Origin: Escherichia coli O157 typing phage 13
DNA length: 64,000 bases
Direction: 5' to 3' (one strand)
Sequence record: KP869111
Positions 20,696 to 30,539 of this stretch are shown one piece after another (the first letter of the stretch is position 1; every line of letters starts with the position of its first letter). Made by a program: the position numbers and the translations under genes. Below the pieces are notes generated by a model, which was given only the letters and a program-made list of their open reading frames with translations, did not search any database and was not told the DNA's origin.

Positions 20696-21511
20696 TTAAC
20701 AATTTATAGACCAAGTCCATTTAGACGAATCTAAAGGAAAGTTTTGAATCGTCCACCATGGCTGCATATCGGTTGGTCCTGGAGTTCGCCAAGTATACGG
20801 ATTCGACGGAGTGCCAATTTGATTAGGCCATGCACCTGGACTTGTTGCACCAGATTCTTTAAGCAAATCTGCCAATCGTTTTAAAAGGTCTTCACGATCT
20901 GAATCTGAATTATGCTCTGGCGGAACTAAACGAGATTCAATATCATCCCATGTGTGTACACGTTGTGCAGTGCGAGGAATATCATCACGTTCACCACGAG
21001 CCAACCAATAAATCGGTACATTAAGAATTTCTGCCGCATGGTCACAGTGATGAGCTAAATCGTCAACGTAACAAATCACGTTATACTTTGTTTTGGCTAG
21101 TTCGAATAATTGTTCTTTTGAAGAATCATGACCACACATCATTACTTCAGAGAAAGCGCCTGGGAACAAAGCATTCAAATTAAATTGTCTATTCAATCGA
21201 GCATCAATTGAATCGCCTAGTGCCGTCACGGCTACAAAATTATAGTCTTCTTTTAGTTTATTGATAACTCGAAGAGCATCTGAATAAGGCGCTAAGTAAC
21301 GAATAAAATCAGAGCTATTATATTTTTCTATTAATTGTTTACCAAGGTTATCGTCGGTATTGAACAGTTTACCAGGAGAAATAAATTTTTCGTCCTGAAT
21401 CATTTTTAAAATATGTTCTAATGGAAGATTATATTTTTGGGCAAAATAAGGAAGTCCAGATTGCCAACTTAAACATACACCATCAATATCAGTCAAAATA
21501 GTAGGCTTCAT
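20696..21511 (-). CDS. Hypothetical protein (T4 30.2 position)
   Basis: 271-aa ORF; size and position as T4 30.2. Confidence 0.6.
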   Translation of the reverse strand: MKPTILTDIDGVCLSWQSGLPYFAQKYNLPLEHILKMIQDEKFISPGKLFNTDDNLGKQLIEKYNSSDFIRYLAPYSDALRVINKLKEDYNFVAVTALGDSIDARLNRQFNLNALFPGAFSEVMMCGHDSSKEQLFELAKTKYNVICYVDDLAHHCDHAAEILNVPIYWLARGERDDIPRTAQRVHTWDDIESRLVPPEHNSDSDREDLLKRLADLLKESGATSPGAWPNQIGTPSNPYTWRTPGPTDMQPWWTIQNFPLDSSKWTWSINC

Positions 21512-21975
21512 AAAGAGTCTCTTAATAGGTTTAACACATCAATAAATTCAGCTTCAGTTAGTATTGTATCATCTTTTGTTAGGTGGCTAGCCATGCTGTG
21601 CTTCAAAATTTTTCCTTTAGAGGCTTGTAAGGCATCACGAAACCCCTTATTTTGGATCGCGGCTTCAAAATATGCATTTGTGTATAATTCTTTCCACGCT
21701 TCGGAGTATCTTGAAAATGGAACTCCTAACCAGAAGAGAGTCCCACGGTCCTGAGCTCTTGCATAAGACCTTCCAGCTTGCTGTGCAGCCAATCCAGACA
21801 ACCCAAATATACGTCTTTGTTGTTCAACATTTTTCACCTTACATCCTTGGAGAAATCCTTCAAGACCTCCGAATTGAATACCATCCATAACAAAAGGCCA
21901 TTGAGCAAAGTTACTTAATGCACATGACGGCCACTTGAAATTACTTCTTATTTCTAATTCAGACATCTTTAACAC
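21508..21975 (-). CDS. Hypothetical protein (T4 30.3 position)
   Basis: 155-aa ORF, translationally coupled to neighbours. Confidence 0.6.
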   Translation of the reverse strand: MLKMSELEIRSNFKWPSCALSNFAQWPFVMDGIQFGGLEGFLQGCKVKNVEQQRRIFGLSGLAAQQAGRSYARAQDRGTLFWLGVPFSRYSEAWKELYTNAYFEAAIQNKGFRDALQASKGKILKHSMASHLTKDDTILTEAEFIDVLNLLRDSL

Positions 21976-22174
21976 TTATAATTTCAACATCAGCCCAATG
22001 GTCGTATCCGGGTATACGGTCTTCGATAGATAAATTTCCGTCATTTTTAGGTAGTTTAATCGATGTGATATACGGTTCTAAATGGTCTTCTGTATGCGGA
22101 GAAACGTCTGTCACACGATAAGTAACTTCAACCATTTCCGTACCAAACAATTTCTGGATTAGTTTATTCAACAT
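21959..22174 (-). CDS. Hypothetical 71-aa protein
   Basis: ORF in the 30.x array; start overlaps the upstream gene stop (ATGTTGAATAA). Confidence 0.45.
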   Translation of the reverse strand: MLNKLIQKLFGTEMVEVTYRVTDVSPHTEDHLEPYITSIKLPKNDGNLSIEDRIPGYDHWADVEIISVKDV

Positions 22175-22307
22175 GTTTCAACCCTTTAATAGGAGATAAC
22201 TCTTTACCCATACGTATGTCAGAAGTCCCATCAACCCATTGAACAGCATACGCTTCATTGATAATTCCAGCGGCGGTTTTAAATTCATGGAGAACTTTAA
22301 AAATCAT
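22164..22307 (-). CDS. Hypothetical small protein with 5' end at or inside the N-run (boundary uncertain)
   Basis: Minus-strand frame open from the N-run to the stop at 22164; first in-frame ATG at 22307. Confidence 0.3.
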   Translation of the reverse strand: MIFKVLHEFKTAAGIINEAYAVQWVDGTSDIRMGKELSPIKGLKHVE

Positions 22308-22333
22308 CCCAGGGATTCCAACACCTTTTAATT

Positions 22334-22451
22334 NNNNNNNNNNNNNNNNNNNNNNNNNNNNNNNNNNNNNNNNNNNNNNNNNNNNNNNNNNNNNNNNNNN
22401 NNNNNNNNNNNNNNNNNNNNNNNNNNNNNNNNNNNNNNNNNNNNNNNNNNN
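22334..22451. other. Run of 118 N (assembly gap or mask)
   Basis: Unresolved bases; minus-strand reading frame stays open across the join. Confidence 0.99.
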
Positions 22452-22467
22452 CGTCCTTGGATGTAAA

Positions 22468-23082
22468 CTACTTAACGAAATTAATTTCTACCGGATGAAC
22501 GACAGGTTGAGCAGTGATATATTGAGTAATTGCTTTCATGACTAGAGCTTCAGAACCAGGATTTTTCTCAACGAATTCACGTGCTTGGTTATGAGCTTCA
22601 AGTTCACTTAGTAAACCACTTCGTTGGCATCCACGGTCTTGAGTACCCTGTTCAGATAAAAAGACGACGATGTATTTTTCATCGTCATACGGTTTAGACG
22701 GTTGAGCAAATGTTCCTTTACTTCCGAAAGGAGAGTTATGACGCCACATATCGCCGTGAGGAGTTTCAACCTTCGTATATTCGTGCGGGCCATTTTTCTT
22801 AATTTCTTGATGTGGAACTTCATAGATCTTAGGGTTAGGACATTCAATAAAATGCTCATCTAAATCAGTCGAGAATATTAAAGTAAAACAATTACTGAAT
22901 TTACCGACACCTGCCTGATAAATTTTACCTTCAGAAGTTCTAATTTCACAAACTGAGCCGGCATCAGTAACTTCTAAAACTTCAAAAGGCTCGATAAGGT
23001 CATATGAGAACATGTTTTTAAGGCGTGGAGTAATATCCCCATTTTTAAAATTCATTTTATAAAAAGTATTAACTTTAAACAT
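22468..23082 (-). CDS. Hypothetical 204-aa protein
   Basis: ORF with SD GAGGAA; preceded by intercistronic GGGAGC-CGAA-GCUCCC stem-loop. Confidence 0.6.
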   Translation of the reverse strand: MFKVNTFYKMNFKNGDITPRLKNMFSYDLIEPFEVLEVTDAGSVCEIRTSEGKIYQAGVGKFSNCFTLIFSTDLDEHFIECPNPKIYEVPHQEIKKNGPHEYTKVETPHGDMWRHNSPFGSKGTFAQPSKPYDDEKYIVVFLSEQGTQDRGCQRSGLLSELEAHNQAREFVEKNPGSEALVMKAITQYITAQPVVHPVEINFVK

Positions 23083-23117
23083 AATTTCCTCAGTGGGAGC
23101 CGAAGCTCCCAGTTAAA

Positions 23118-23483
23118 TTAGATATCAAATTCATTAAGAACTACATCAAAGATTGCTTCAAGATGTTCAGGTTTAGCTCGATGACTCAGGATATGACGAA
23201 TCCAAGTTTTAACCAGAAGTTCACGATTATCACCATTCCAGCAAGGATGAGTACCTAAATCGCGCTGACGGAAATCATCATCTAATGCAATTTTAAAATT
23301 TGAACCTTCCATCGTGATTGAAACCGTGATGCCATTTTCAAATCGCATATAAACGTAATTAGGAGTCATGCACTGTTCGATTTCACAAACTGTACCGTTT
23401 TCGTGTTTCCATAAGCAAATAACTTCAGAAGAACCAGCGATACCGTTAGAAACATATTTACGTTCGAAGTTGATGTAGTTCAT
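23118..23483 (-). CDS. Hypothetical 121-aa protein
   Basis: ORF with SD (CGGAGAAT) and its own early promoter. Confidence 0.55.
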   Translation of the reverse strand: MNYINFERKYVSNGIAGSSEVICLWKHENGTVCEIEQCMTPNYVYMRFENGITVSITMEGSNFKIALDDDFRQRDLGTHPCWNGDNRELLVKTWIRHILSHRAKPEHLEAIFDVVLNEFDI

Positions 23484-23513
23484 TTTATTCTCCGGATGTT
23501 TAAGTTGTTTGTT

Positions 23514-23554
23514 GGTACAGGTCTATAATAACATAACCTGTACCAAAGTAAACT
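23514..23554 (-). promoter_or_regulatory. T4-type early promoter with -10 inside a 9-bp inverted repeat
   Basis: Minus strand GTTTACtttGGTACAGGTtatgtTATTATagACCTGTACCaac. Confidence 0.5.
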
Positions 23555-23557
23555 GTT

Positions 23558-23926
23558 TTATGCAACTTTAATCCAATTGTCTAAATTTAAAACACCTTTG
23601 GCTTTCATTTTTTCGATCAGGTTATCTGCTGTAATGCGTCCATTTTGATACCATGTAACATCTTCAGAGTAACCAGTTTCTTCGTCAACATATGTTTCTG
23701 AACGAATTTTACCGGTAATAATAGTTTTTAATTCGTATGTGTCACCTGTGAAAAAGTTTGCTAACACAATTTTCCAAGAGAAATCATTTGAAGGACCTTC
23801 AGGGGTCATACAACTTACGAACTCAAATTGCTCTTTGTATAACATCCACTGGAATTCTTTAATTTCGATAGCTTTATAACCGTCGTGGTCTTTACATTTG
23901 ATGTATGAGTTCAGATTGATTTTCAT
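23558..23926 (-). CDS. Hypothetical 122-aa protein
   Basis: ORF with SD and upstream early promoter. Confidence 0.55.
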   Translation of the reverse strand: MKINLNSYIKCKDHDGYKAIEIKEFQWMLYKEQFEFVSCMTPEGPSNDFSWKIVLANFFTGDTYELKTIITGKIRSETYVDEETGYSEDVTWYQNGRITADNLIEKMKAKGVLNLDNWIKVA

Positions 23927-23959
23927 TTTATTCTCCGGTTGTTTTATTGATTAGGTGGT

Positions 23960-23996
23960 ACAAGTCTATAGTAACACATCCTACAGGAGAGTAAAC
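23960..23996 (-). promoter_or_regulatory. T4-type early promoter
   Basis: Minus strand GTTTACtctcctgtaggatgtgtTACTATagacttgtacc. Confidence 0.5.
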
Positions 23997-24027
23997 ATCT
24001 TTTTAATCTTTTTCTGCCCTAAACGCA

Positions 24028-24050
24028 CAAAAGGGAGACCGAAGTCTCCC
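24028..24050 (-). terminator. Rho-independent terminator
   Basis: GGGAGAC-UUCG-GUCUCCC followed by UUUUG on the minus strand, directly after the 59-aa ORF stop. Confidence 0.55.
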
Positions 24051-24055
24051 TAAAA

Positions 24056-24235
24056 TTATGCAACAACCTTTCCAAAACGAGAAGCATCATCTCGAAGAAC
24101 TGCACGTGCTCTGCGCATGATCTTCTCAACTGTTTGATTAATACGAGAGTTCGACCCACGCTTGTATCCAGCGCGTTTAGAGGTACCATCAACTTTCTTT
24201 TCAACTGCTTTCTTTGCTTTAGCTTGTTTTGCCAT
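24056..24235 (-). CDS. Hypothetical 59-aa lysine/arginine-rich protein (below ORF-track cutoff)
   Basis: ORF MAKQAKAKKAVEKK... ends exactly at the terminator hairpin; weak SD. Confidence 0.4.
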   Translation of the reverse strand: MAKQAKAKKAVEKKVDGTSKRAGYKRGSNSRINQTVEKIMRRARAVLRDDASRFGKVVA

Positions 24236-24503
24236 TATAAATTCTCTTTAAATGAAAATGCAGGACTTATTGACATTGCCTGCGCAAGCCCTCAAGGGGA
24301 ACATAGGTTTTGGATATTTAACGACAGGATAACCATAAACCCGTCATCATACCAACCACGACTTAGACAGATAACCTTTTTCTGACGCGTGATAGTACAA
24401 AATACATTCAAGAGGTACACCGTAAAATTGTCGGGGCGGTACTTCTAAAACATACCGATTCGCAAATCGATAATCAGACAATTCGACGGCTCCTCGATTT
24501 AAC

Positions 24504-24752
24504 TTACTTCAGGGTAATAATAAAATGACGTACTGCTTTACGAGCTGCTGAAGCCAGAGGCTTAGCATATTTCAGTTCATCTTTTGCTTCCAGTTCAGCA
24601 GCCAGAGTAGCCTGAGCAGGATTCAGATGTTTGAAATATCGCAGGATTTCCAGTGCTTCGGCTTCAACATCAATTGAAGCGCCGTAGTTTTCGTGACCGT
24701 TATTCCATGCGTTGCGTTGCAGTTCAAGAGCGTGTTGTAATTGTTTAATCAT
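24504..24752 (-). CDS. rIII: rIII lysis-inhibition accessory protein
   Basis: 82 aa, same length as T4 rIII and near-identical as recalled (MIKQLQHALELQRNAWNNGHENYGASIDVEAEALEILRYFKHLNPAQ...). Confidence 0.95.
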   Translation of the reverse strand: MIKQLQHALELQRNAWNNGHENYGASIDVEAEALEILRYFKHLNPAQATLAAELEAKDELKYAKPLASAARKAVRHFIITLK

Positions 24753-24876
24753 TTTAAATTCTCAATTCGAGATAATATTTAGTAGCCACGTTCGTCTGAA
24801 TTTCACCTTCTTTCGACAGGTCTCTCAGTTGTAGGCTACCGCTTAGAAGAGTGTTCTCTTCATATAGTTATTTATA

Positions 24877-25209
24877 TCACTTATAAAGACACGGAATAGC
24901 TTTATAGTGGCATGTTACGAATTTCTGTTTAATTTCTTTAGGTTGTTTAAGTCCCAAAGCCACAAATGGATGTGGAACATTTCGAATTTGTCCAACTGGT
25001 AGTGGAGTCAAATCACCGACTTCAACAAAACCTTCAGGAACATCAGGACCTACAGAATGAACTACACATAGTTCAGGAACTTCACCTTGAACACGTTTAC
25101 CGATCACAAGTCCTGATTCGGTAACTTCTTCATCACCTGCTTGAGCGGGTTCAGAAACCAGAATGACATATTCACCAACAGCACGAATTGGGAGTTGTAC
25201 TTCAGACAT
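24877..25209 (-). CDS. 31: Co-chaperonin gp31 (GroES-like)
   Basis: 110 aa versus 111 in T4; position between rIII and cd. Confidence 0.93.
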   Translation of the reverse strand: MSEVQLPIRAVGEYVILVSEPAQAGDEEVTESGLVIGKRVQGEVPELCVVHSVGPDVPEGFVEVGDLTPLPVGQIRNVPHPFVALGLKQPKEIKQKFVTCHYKAIPCLYK

Positions 25210-25266
25210 CTTATTTCCTTGTTGTTTGACGATAGATTAATAATACCATACTATTCGTAAAGCATA

Positions 25267-25575
25267 TTACATAAGAAGCAAACGTTCTACCGGAGTACCA
25301 TCAACCGAAATTACTTTATCAAGGCGGAAAGAACGCCACTGGCCTAACTTGGTATCGAATGCTCGAACTGATTCACGAGGTTCAGAACGAACTTCTGTTG
25401 CCGGATTGTTATTTTCATATTTGACTTCAAGTTCATCACGCGAAGCAAACATAGTGCGTACCTCGCCGTTAGCCTTTTCAAATACAACACAATGAACGCC
25501 TACAGACAGAATAGTTTTAATACGTTCACGAAGAACCATAGTTTCTTGTTCAGTTAAAATCATATTATTCACCAC
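25267..25575 (-). CDS. Hypothetical 102-aa protein (T4 31.1/31.2 position)
   Basis: ORF between cd and gene 31, overlapping the cd stop. Confidence 0.5.
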   Translation of the reverse strand: MVNNMILTEQETMVLRERIKTILSVGVHCVVFEKANGEVRTMFASRDELEVKYENNNPATEVRSEPRESVRAFDTKLGQWRSFRLDKVISVDGTPVERLLLM

Positions 25576-26146
25576 AAAAGTTTCGGATTTGTTCCCAATT
25601 CAGAGAACGAAGATTATTACGAGAGTACTGAATTACTTCAATACCGGCTTGTTTTAGAATGTCTGCCCAATTTTCAGGAGATCTGTCATATAATTCTGCG
25701 TATACAACCTTTTTAATACCTGACTGTGTAATAGCTTTAGTGCAATCAGGACATGGAGAAAGTGTCGTATACAACGTAGCACCTTCAATAGAATTACCTT
25801 TACGAGCTGCAAACAAAATTGCATTCAGTTCCGCATGGATTTCGTTATTAGCGGACCATGCACTATGAGCAGCCCGATGTTCTTTAGCCAAAACAAAATT
25901 ATCCACCCGTCCAAATGCTGTAGTGCCTTCTTTATGCCCAGCAACGATGACCGGGCTTGGTTTATTCTTCAACCAACCGTTTTCGGATGCATGTTCACAA
26001 CAGTTAACACCACCGGCCGGGCTACCGTTATACCCAGTAGAGATAATGCGTCCATCTTTTTCAATGACGGCACCAACTTTCCATGAACAACATTTTGATT
26101 CTTGAGAAATCAAATAAGCAATTTGAAGATATGTGCTAGCTTTCAT
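25565..26146 (-). CDS. cd: dCMP deaminase
   Basis: 193 aa as in T4; zinc-binding deaminase motifs HAELNA and PCxxC. Confidence 0.93.
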   Translation of the reverse strand: MKASTYLQIAYLISQESKCCSWKVGAVIEKDGRIISTGYNGSPAGGVNCCEHASENGWLKNKPSPVIVAGHKEGTTAFGRVDNFVLAKEHRAAHSAWSANNEIHAELNAILFAARKGNSIEGATLYTTLSPCPDCTKAITQSGIKKVVYAELYDRSPENWADILKQAGIEVIQYSRNNLRSLNWEQIRNFCGE

Positions 26147-27138
26147 TATTGAACCTTATTAATATAAGTTAACAGCTCTTTAGTTTGTTCCCAACTGATG
26201 CACGCATCGGTAACGGAAACGCCATAGGACATATTATCAGAAATTTTTTGATTTCCTTCATGTAGGAATGATTCTATCATAATTCCTTTGACCAAATCAT
26301 TAGCTGCTAAATTTTTACCAATACCAATTTGATTGCTATAATGCCCATCAGCGTTTGCATGGCTACAGTCAACCATTACATAATGATTCAGACCTACTGC
26401 CCTTGCTTTGTTAGAAGCTTCTTGAATATCAGAAGAATGATAGTTCGGGCCGTTGGTCCCGCCACGCAATACGATATGCGTATTCTGATTACCTTCAGCT
26501 TCAACAATGCCTACAGTACCATCGACGTCCATACCCATATACCGATGAGGCCAGGCGGCACTATACATCGCGTCTGTAGCTACTTTAATAGAACCATTGG
26601 TTGCGTTCTTGAAGCCTACGCACATCGGTAGACCTGAAGCAATTTCACGATGTGTCTGACTTTCAGTCGTACGGGCGCCAATAGCAACCCATGAGAAAAT
26701 ACCAGAAAGATACTTAATCGTGAATGGGTCTAATACTTCAGTTGCTAATGGAAGTCCCATACGTAGAAGTTTACGACACAATGTTCGTGCAACTATAAGA
26801 CCGTGGTTCATATCAAAACTTCCGTCAAGATATGGATCATTTACAAGACCTTTCCAACCTACGGTAGTTCGAGGCTTTTCAAAATAAACGCGCATCACTA
26901 ACAGAACATTAGGAAGACGAGTTTGAAGTTCAGCCAGACGTTTGCCGTATTCAACAGCAGCAATAGGGTCATGAATTGAACAAGGACCTACAACAATAAG
27001 TTTGCGTGGGTCTTCACCGTTCATAATCGAATTAACTTGTTCGCGATGAGAAGCCACTTGTGATGCGTAAGCTTCCGACAAAGGAATAATCTCAGCCAGT
27101 TCTTTTGGAGAAATAAGTTTTCCGACGACAGGTAACAT
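26146..27138 (-). CDS. 3-deoxy-D-arabino-heptulosonate-7-phosphate (DAHP) synthase, class I (AroF/AroG-like)
   Basis: 330 aa; signature RVYFEKPRTTVGWKGLVNDP, IGARTTESQTHRE, VGFKN, YGVSVTDACISWE shared with E. coli AroF/AroG; SD TAAGGA; ATGA coupling to cd. Confidence 0.88.
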   Translation of the reverse strand: MLPVVGKLISPKELAEIIPLSEAYASQVASHREQVNSIMNGEDPRKLIVVGPCSIHDPIAAVEYGKRLAELQTRLPNVLLVMRVYFEKPRTTVGWKGLVNDPYLDGSFDMNHGLIVARTLCRKLLRMGLPLATEVLDPFTIKYLSGIFSWVAIGARTTESQTHREIASGLPMCVGFKNATNGSIKVATDAMYSAAWPHRYMGMDVDGTVGIVEAEGNQNTHIVLRGGTNGPNYHSSDIQEASNKARAVGLNHYVMVDCSHANADGHYSNQIGIGKNLAANDLVKGIMIESFLHEGNQKISDNMSYGVSVTDACISWEQTKELLTYINKVQ

Positions 27139-27258
27139 AACAATCCTTAGGAGATATAAACAGATTCTGATTCAACAATACCTTTAACCGGATTAGACAG
27201 GCTAAGTTGGTAGTGCTCAGATTTATGACCATTCTCGATAGTAATGAGATAGCTCTCA

Positions 27259-27495
27259 TTATAGTGTTCCATATACTCGAGTTGCTTCAACAAGACCATC
27301 ACTGCCTAATTTAAGATTAGTAATTTGGTCACCATCTTTAGGATTAACGATTATGAGAAAAGAACGTGGAGATTCTTGAATAACTCGTAATGTTGCATCT
27401 TGGAAACGTTCAGACACTTTATTGATGAGTGCTTGAGCAAATTCTTTTACTTTAATCTGAAATTCGTGTACTGTAATTGGGTTTTCACTTAGCAT
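27259..27495 (-). CDS. Hypothetical 78-aa protein
   Basis: ORF with early promoter upstream; T4 cd.x position. Confidence 0.5.
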   Translation of the reverse strand: MLSENPITVHEFQIKVKEFAQALINKVSERFQDATLRVIQESPRSFLIIVNPKDGDQITNLKLGSDGLVEATRVYGTL

Positions 27496-27514
27496 TTCTA
27501 TTTCCTCATTTGTT

Positions 27515-27553
27515 GGTAGAGTTATAGTATCACAACTCCACCATGTTGTAAAC
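27515..27553 (-). promoter_or_regulatory. T4-type early promoter with inverted-repeat arms around -10
   Basis: Minus strand GTTTACaacatGGTGGAGTTgtgaTACTATAACTCTACCaac. Confidence 0.5.
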
Positions 27554-27555
27554 CA

Positions 27556-27831
27556 TTAAATTGCTTTGCATTCAATTTTTTGTGTACCGAAATTGATATC
27601 ACACTGGATAACTAAATCGCCGTCAAGATCAAATACCACTATGACGTGTGCAGACCCAGGGAGAAGAGTAATAGCAATAGAATCTACTTGGTCTGGGAGC
27701 AAAGCATTGAGTACATGAGTTAGTTGAGCATGAACTCTGAGTTCGGCTGCATTATCAAGCACTTCAAACATATTATTAGCAATAATCTGACTGAAGACTA
27801 CCTTTACAATTTCAGAATAAGTTGGGAACAT
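27556..27831 (-). CDS. Hypothetical 91-aa protein
   Basis: ORF in the cd-pseT small-gene array. Confidence 0.5.
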   Translation of the reverse strand: MFPTYSEIVKVVFSQIIANNMFEVLDNAAELRVHAQLTHVLNALLPDQVDSIAITLLPGSAHVIVVFDLDGDLVIQCDINFGTQKIECKAI

Positions 27832-27838
27832 AATTACC

Positions 27839-28063
27839 TCAGTGTACAGTATTTACTTTAACTCGAACAACAAATCGCTCGGTCGGTTCACCTACAGGAA
27901 CAAACTCTACATGATATTCACCTTTGTAACGAGTATTCAGATCATTACGAATTCCTGCGAGTTTGTTGATTAATGTAGGACTCATATTAAGTCCCACTAG
28001 TTTACGAAGCATTTTGTATGCTTCATCTTCGATTTCATGATGTTTATCGTACATAGTTTTCAT
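27839..28063 (-). CDS. Hypothetical 74-aa protein
   Basis: ORF in the cd-pseT small-gene array. Confidence 0.5.
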   Translation of the reverse strand: MKTMYDKHHEIEDEAYKMLRKLVGLNMSPTLINKLAGIRNDLNTRYKGEYHVEFVPVGEPTERFVVRVKVNTVH

Positions 28064-28234
28064 TTAACCATTCAATTGCCTGGTCGACGTTATCAAATAT
28101 ACCGCCGTCCAAACGTTCTTCATGCTCATAGTCCAGCACATCAATACCGAACTGTCCATTTACTAAAGGCCAGGCTACAAACAAATATTCTTTATGCTGT
28201 TCGATGGCCTCAATCACTTCATATAATCGTTTCA

Positions 28235-28235
<1 letters not shown>
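28044..28235 (-). CDS. Hypothetical 63-aa acidic protein
   Basis: ORF with ATGA-type overlap to the pseT stop. Confidence 0.45.
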
Positions 28236-29299
<1,064 letters not shown>

Positions 29300-29322
<23 letters not shown>

Positions 29323-29623
29323 TATTTATTCCTAAGAAAGTTTCAAGAATACGAATGTTATGCTCGCGCCGGTCTTTATTAATTTCAGCAACGTTTTTAT
29401 TAATTGACGTACTTCTAACGTTTGAAGAAATAAATTTAATCATATGACTTTTGAGTTGTTGCAAATCCAACCCTTTTTCTTTAGCAGCTTTACGAAGAGC
29501 TTTACCTGCTTCATCTAGGGCCTTTGCCGCATCTTTGTCATAATTGACAAGTGACGACGTTCCACGACAGATATCAATATACTCATCAGACCGTTTGATG
29601 TAATTCTCTAGTAATGTTTTCAT
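29300..29623 (-). CDS. Hypothetical 107-aa protein
   Basis: ORF with early promoter upstream. Confidence 0.5.
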
Positions 29624-29644
29624 TTAGATTTCCTCAATTATCCA

Positions 29645-29681
29645 TAGGAGCATTATACTCTGCTCCCGAGAGTTTGTAAAC
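29645..29681 (-). promoter_or_regulatory. T4-type early promoter with -10 flanked by inverted repeat
   Basis: Minus strand GTTTACaaactctcgGGAGCAgagTATAATGCTCCtat. Confidence 0.5.
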
Positions 29682-29905
29682 TATTTTACTAAAGATTCAA
29701 TATACTCATGAAGAGCTTTAGTCGCTACTGCCCACTTATTCTGATATTCATTTTTCAGATTAGCACGAGACTGAACTAACAAGCGGTCATTAGTCGGAGG
29801 CAAAGATTCTAATCGTTGAATCTGGCGCCCATAAATCATAGCCGCCATTTCAGATTCATAGATAAGCCCTTTAATGTATTCATGCTGTTCTTTAGTCATT
29901 GGCAT
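29681..29905 (-). CDS. Hypothetical 74-aa protein
   Basis: ORF overlapping the o-spanin stop. Confidence 0.5.
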   Translation of the reverse strand: MPMTKEQHEYIKGLIYESEMAAMIYGRQIQRLESLPPTNDRLLVQSRANLKNEYQNKWAVATKALHEYIESLVK

Positions 29906-30186
29906 TTTTCCTCTTTTAAACCACTACGATAATAACATAACATAGTCTTCTGGTCATGTATATATCTTTTTACGTCGTTTAACCAGATACGAAATTCTTG
30001 AGAGTCTTCAAATGGCATTCCAACCCATGGATTACCATCAATAACCTTTACTTGCCATTTCTGGTTATATTCAACAATAGATTCAGGCCATGGCGGATGT
30101 AAAGTTTCTTTAGGGCTTAAGGGCACATCCTGGGCACATCCAGCCAAAATGCCAATAGATAATACAACTGCGATTAATTTAATCAT
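29896..30186 (-). CDS. Putative outer-membrane spanin (lipoprotein; T4 pseT.2-like)
   Basis: Signal peptide with lipobox LAGC; 96 aa; immediately downstream of and overlapping the i-spanin-like gene. Confidence 0.6.
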   Translation of the reverse strand: MIKLIAVVLSIGILAGCAQDVPLSPKETLHPPWPESIVEYNQKWQVKVIDGNPWVGMPFEDSQEFRIWLNDVKRYIHDQKTMLCYYRSGLKEEKCQ

Positions 30187-30539
30187 TCTGAGAGCTTCCT
30201 GAGGTCTTCTGCAAAGGAATCGAAGGACCTGTTGATTTGTTTTTCGACCAATCCTGGTTTACTTGCCACCACGTTCTTCTTCTTCGAATCCTTACGGAGC
30301 TTTTCATTTTCGGCCTTAAGTTGGTCAACTAAAACACGGTTCTTATAAGTCATTTCTTCGATTGACTGATATTGAACCTTGAAGTCGTCTAATACTTTAG
30401 CATTGTTTTTAGCGGTCTCTTTGACAGAAGCTAATTCAGTATTCAACGAATCAACTTTGTTGTTTAAGACAACTATTGTTACCGTAGAAACTAGAGCAAA
30501 AGCTGCTACTATAGCGTAAATCGGATTTACTTTAAGCAT
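30183..30539 (-). CDS. Putative inner-membrane spanin (T4 pseT.3-like)
   Basis: N-terminal TM helix then charged coiled-coil region; 118 aa; paired with the lipoprotein gene. Confidence 0.6.
   Translation of the reverse strand: MLKVNPIYAIVAAFALVSTVTIVVLNNKVDSLNTELASVKETAKNNAKVLDDFKVQYQSIEEMTYKNRVLVDQLKAENEKLRKDSKKKNVVASKPGLVEKQINRSFDSFAEDLRKLSE

Noticed and set aside
24134-24385. 83-aa plus-strand ORF near rIII
   Set aside because: No SD, Cys/Phe-rich low-complexity translation, antisense to a supported small gene; region treated as non-coding.
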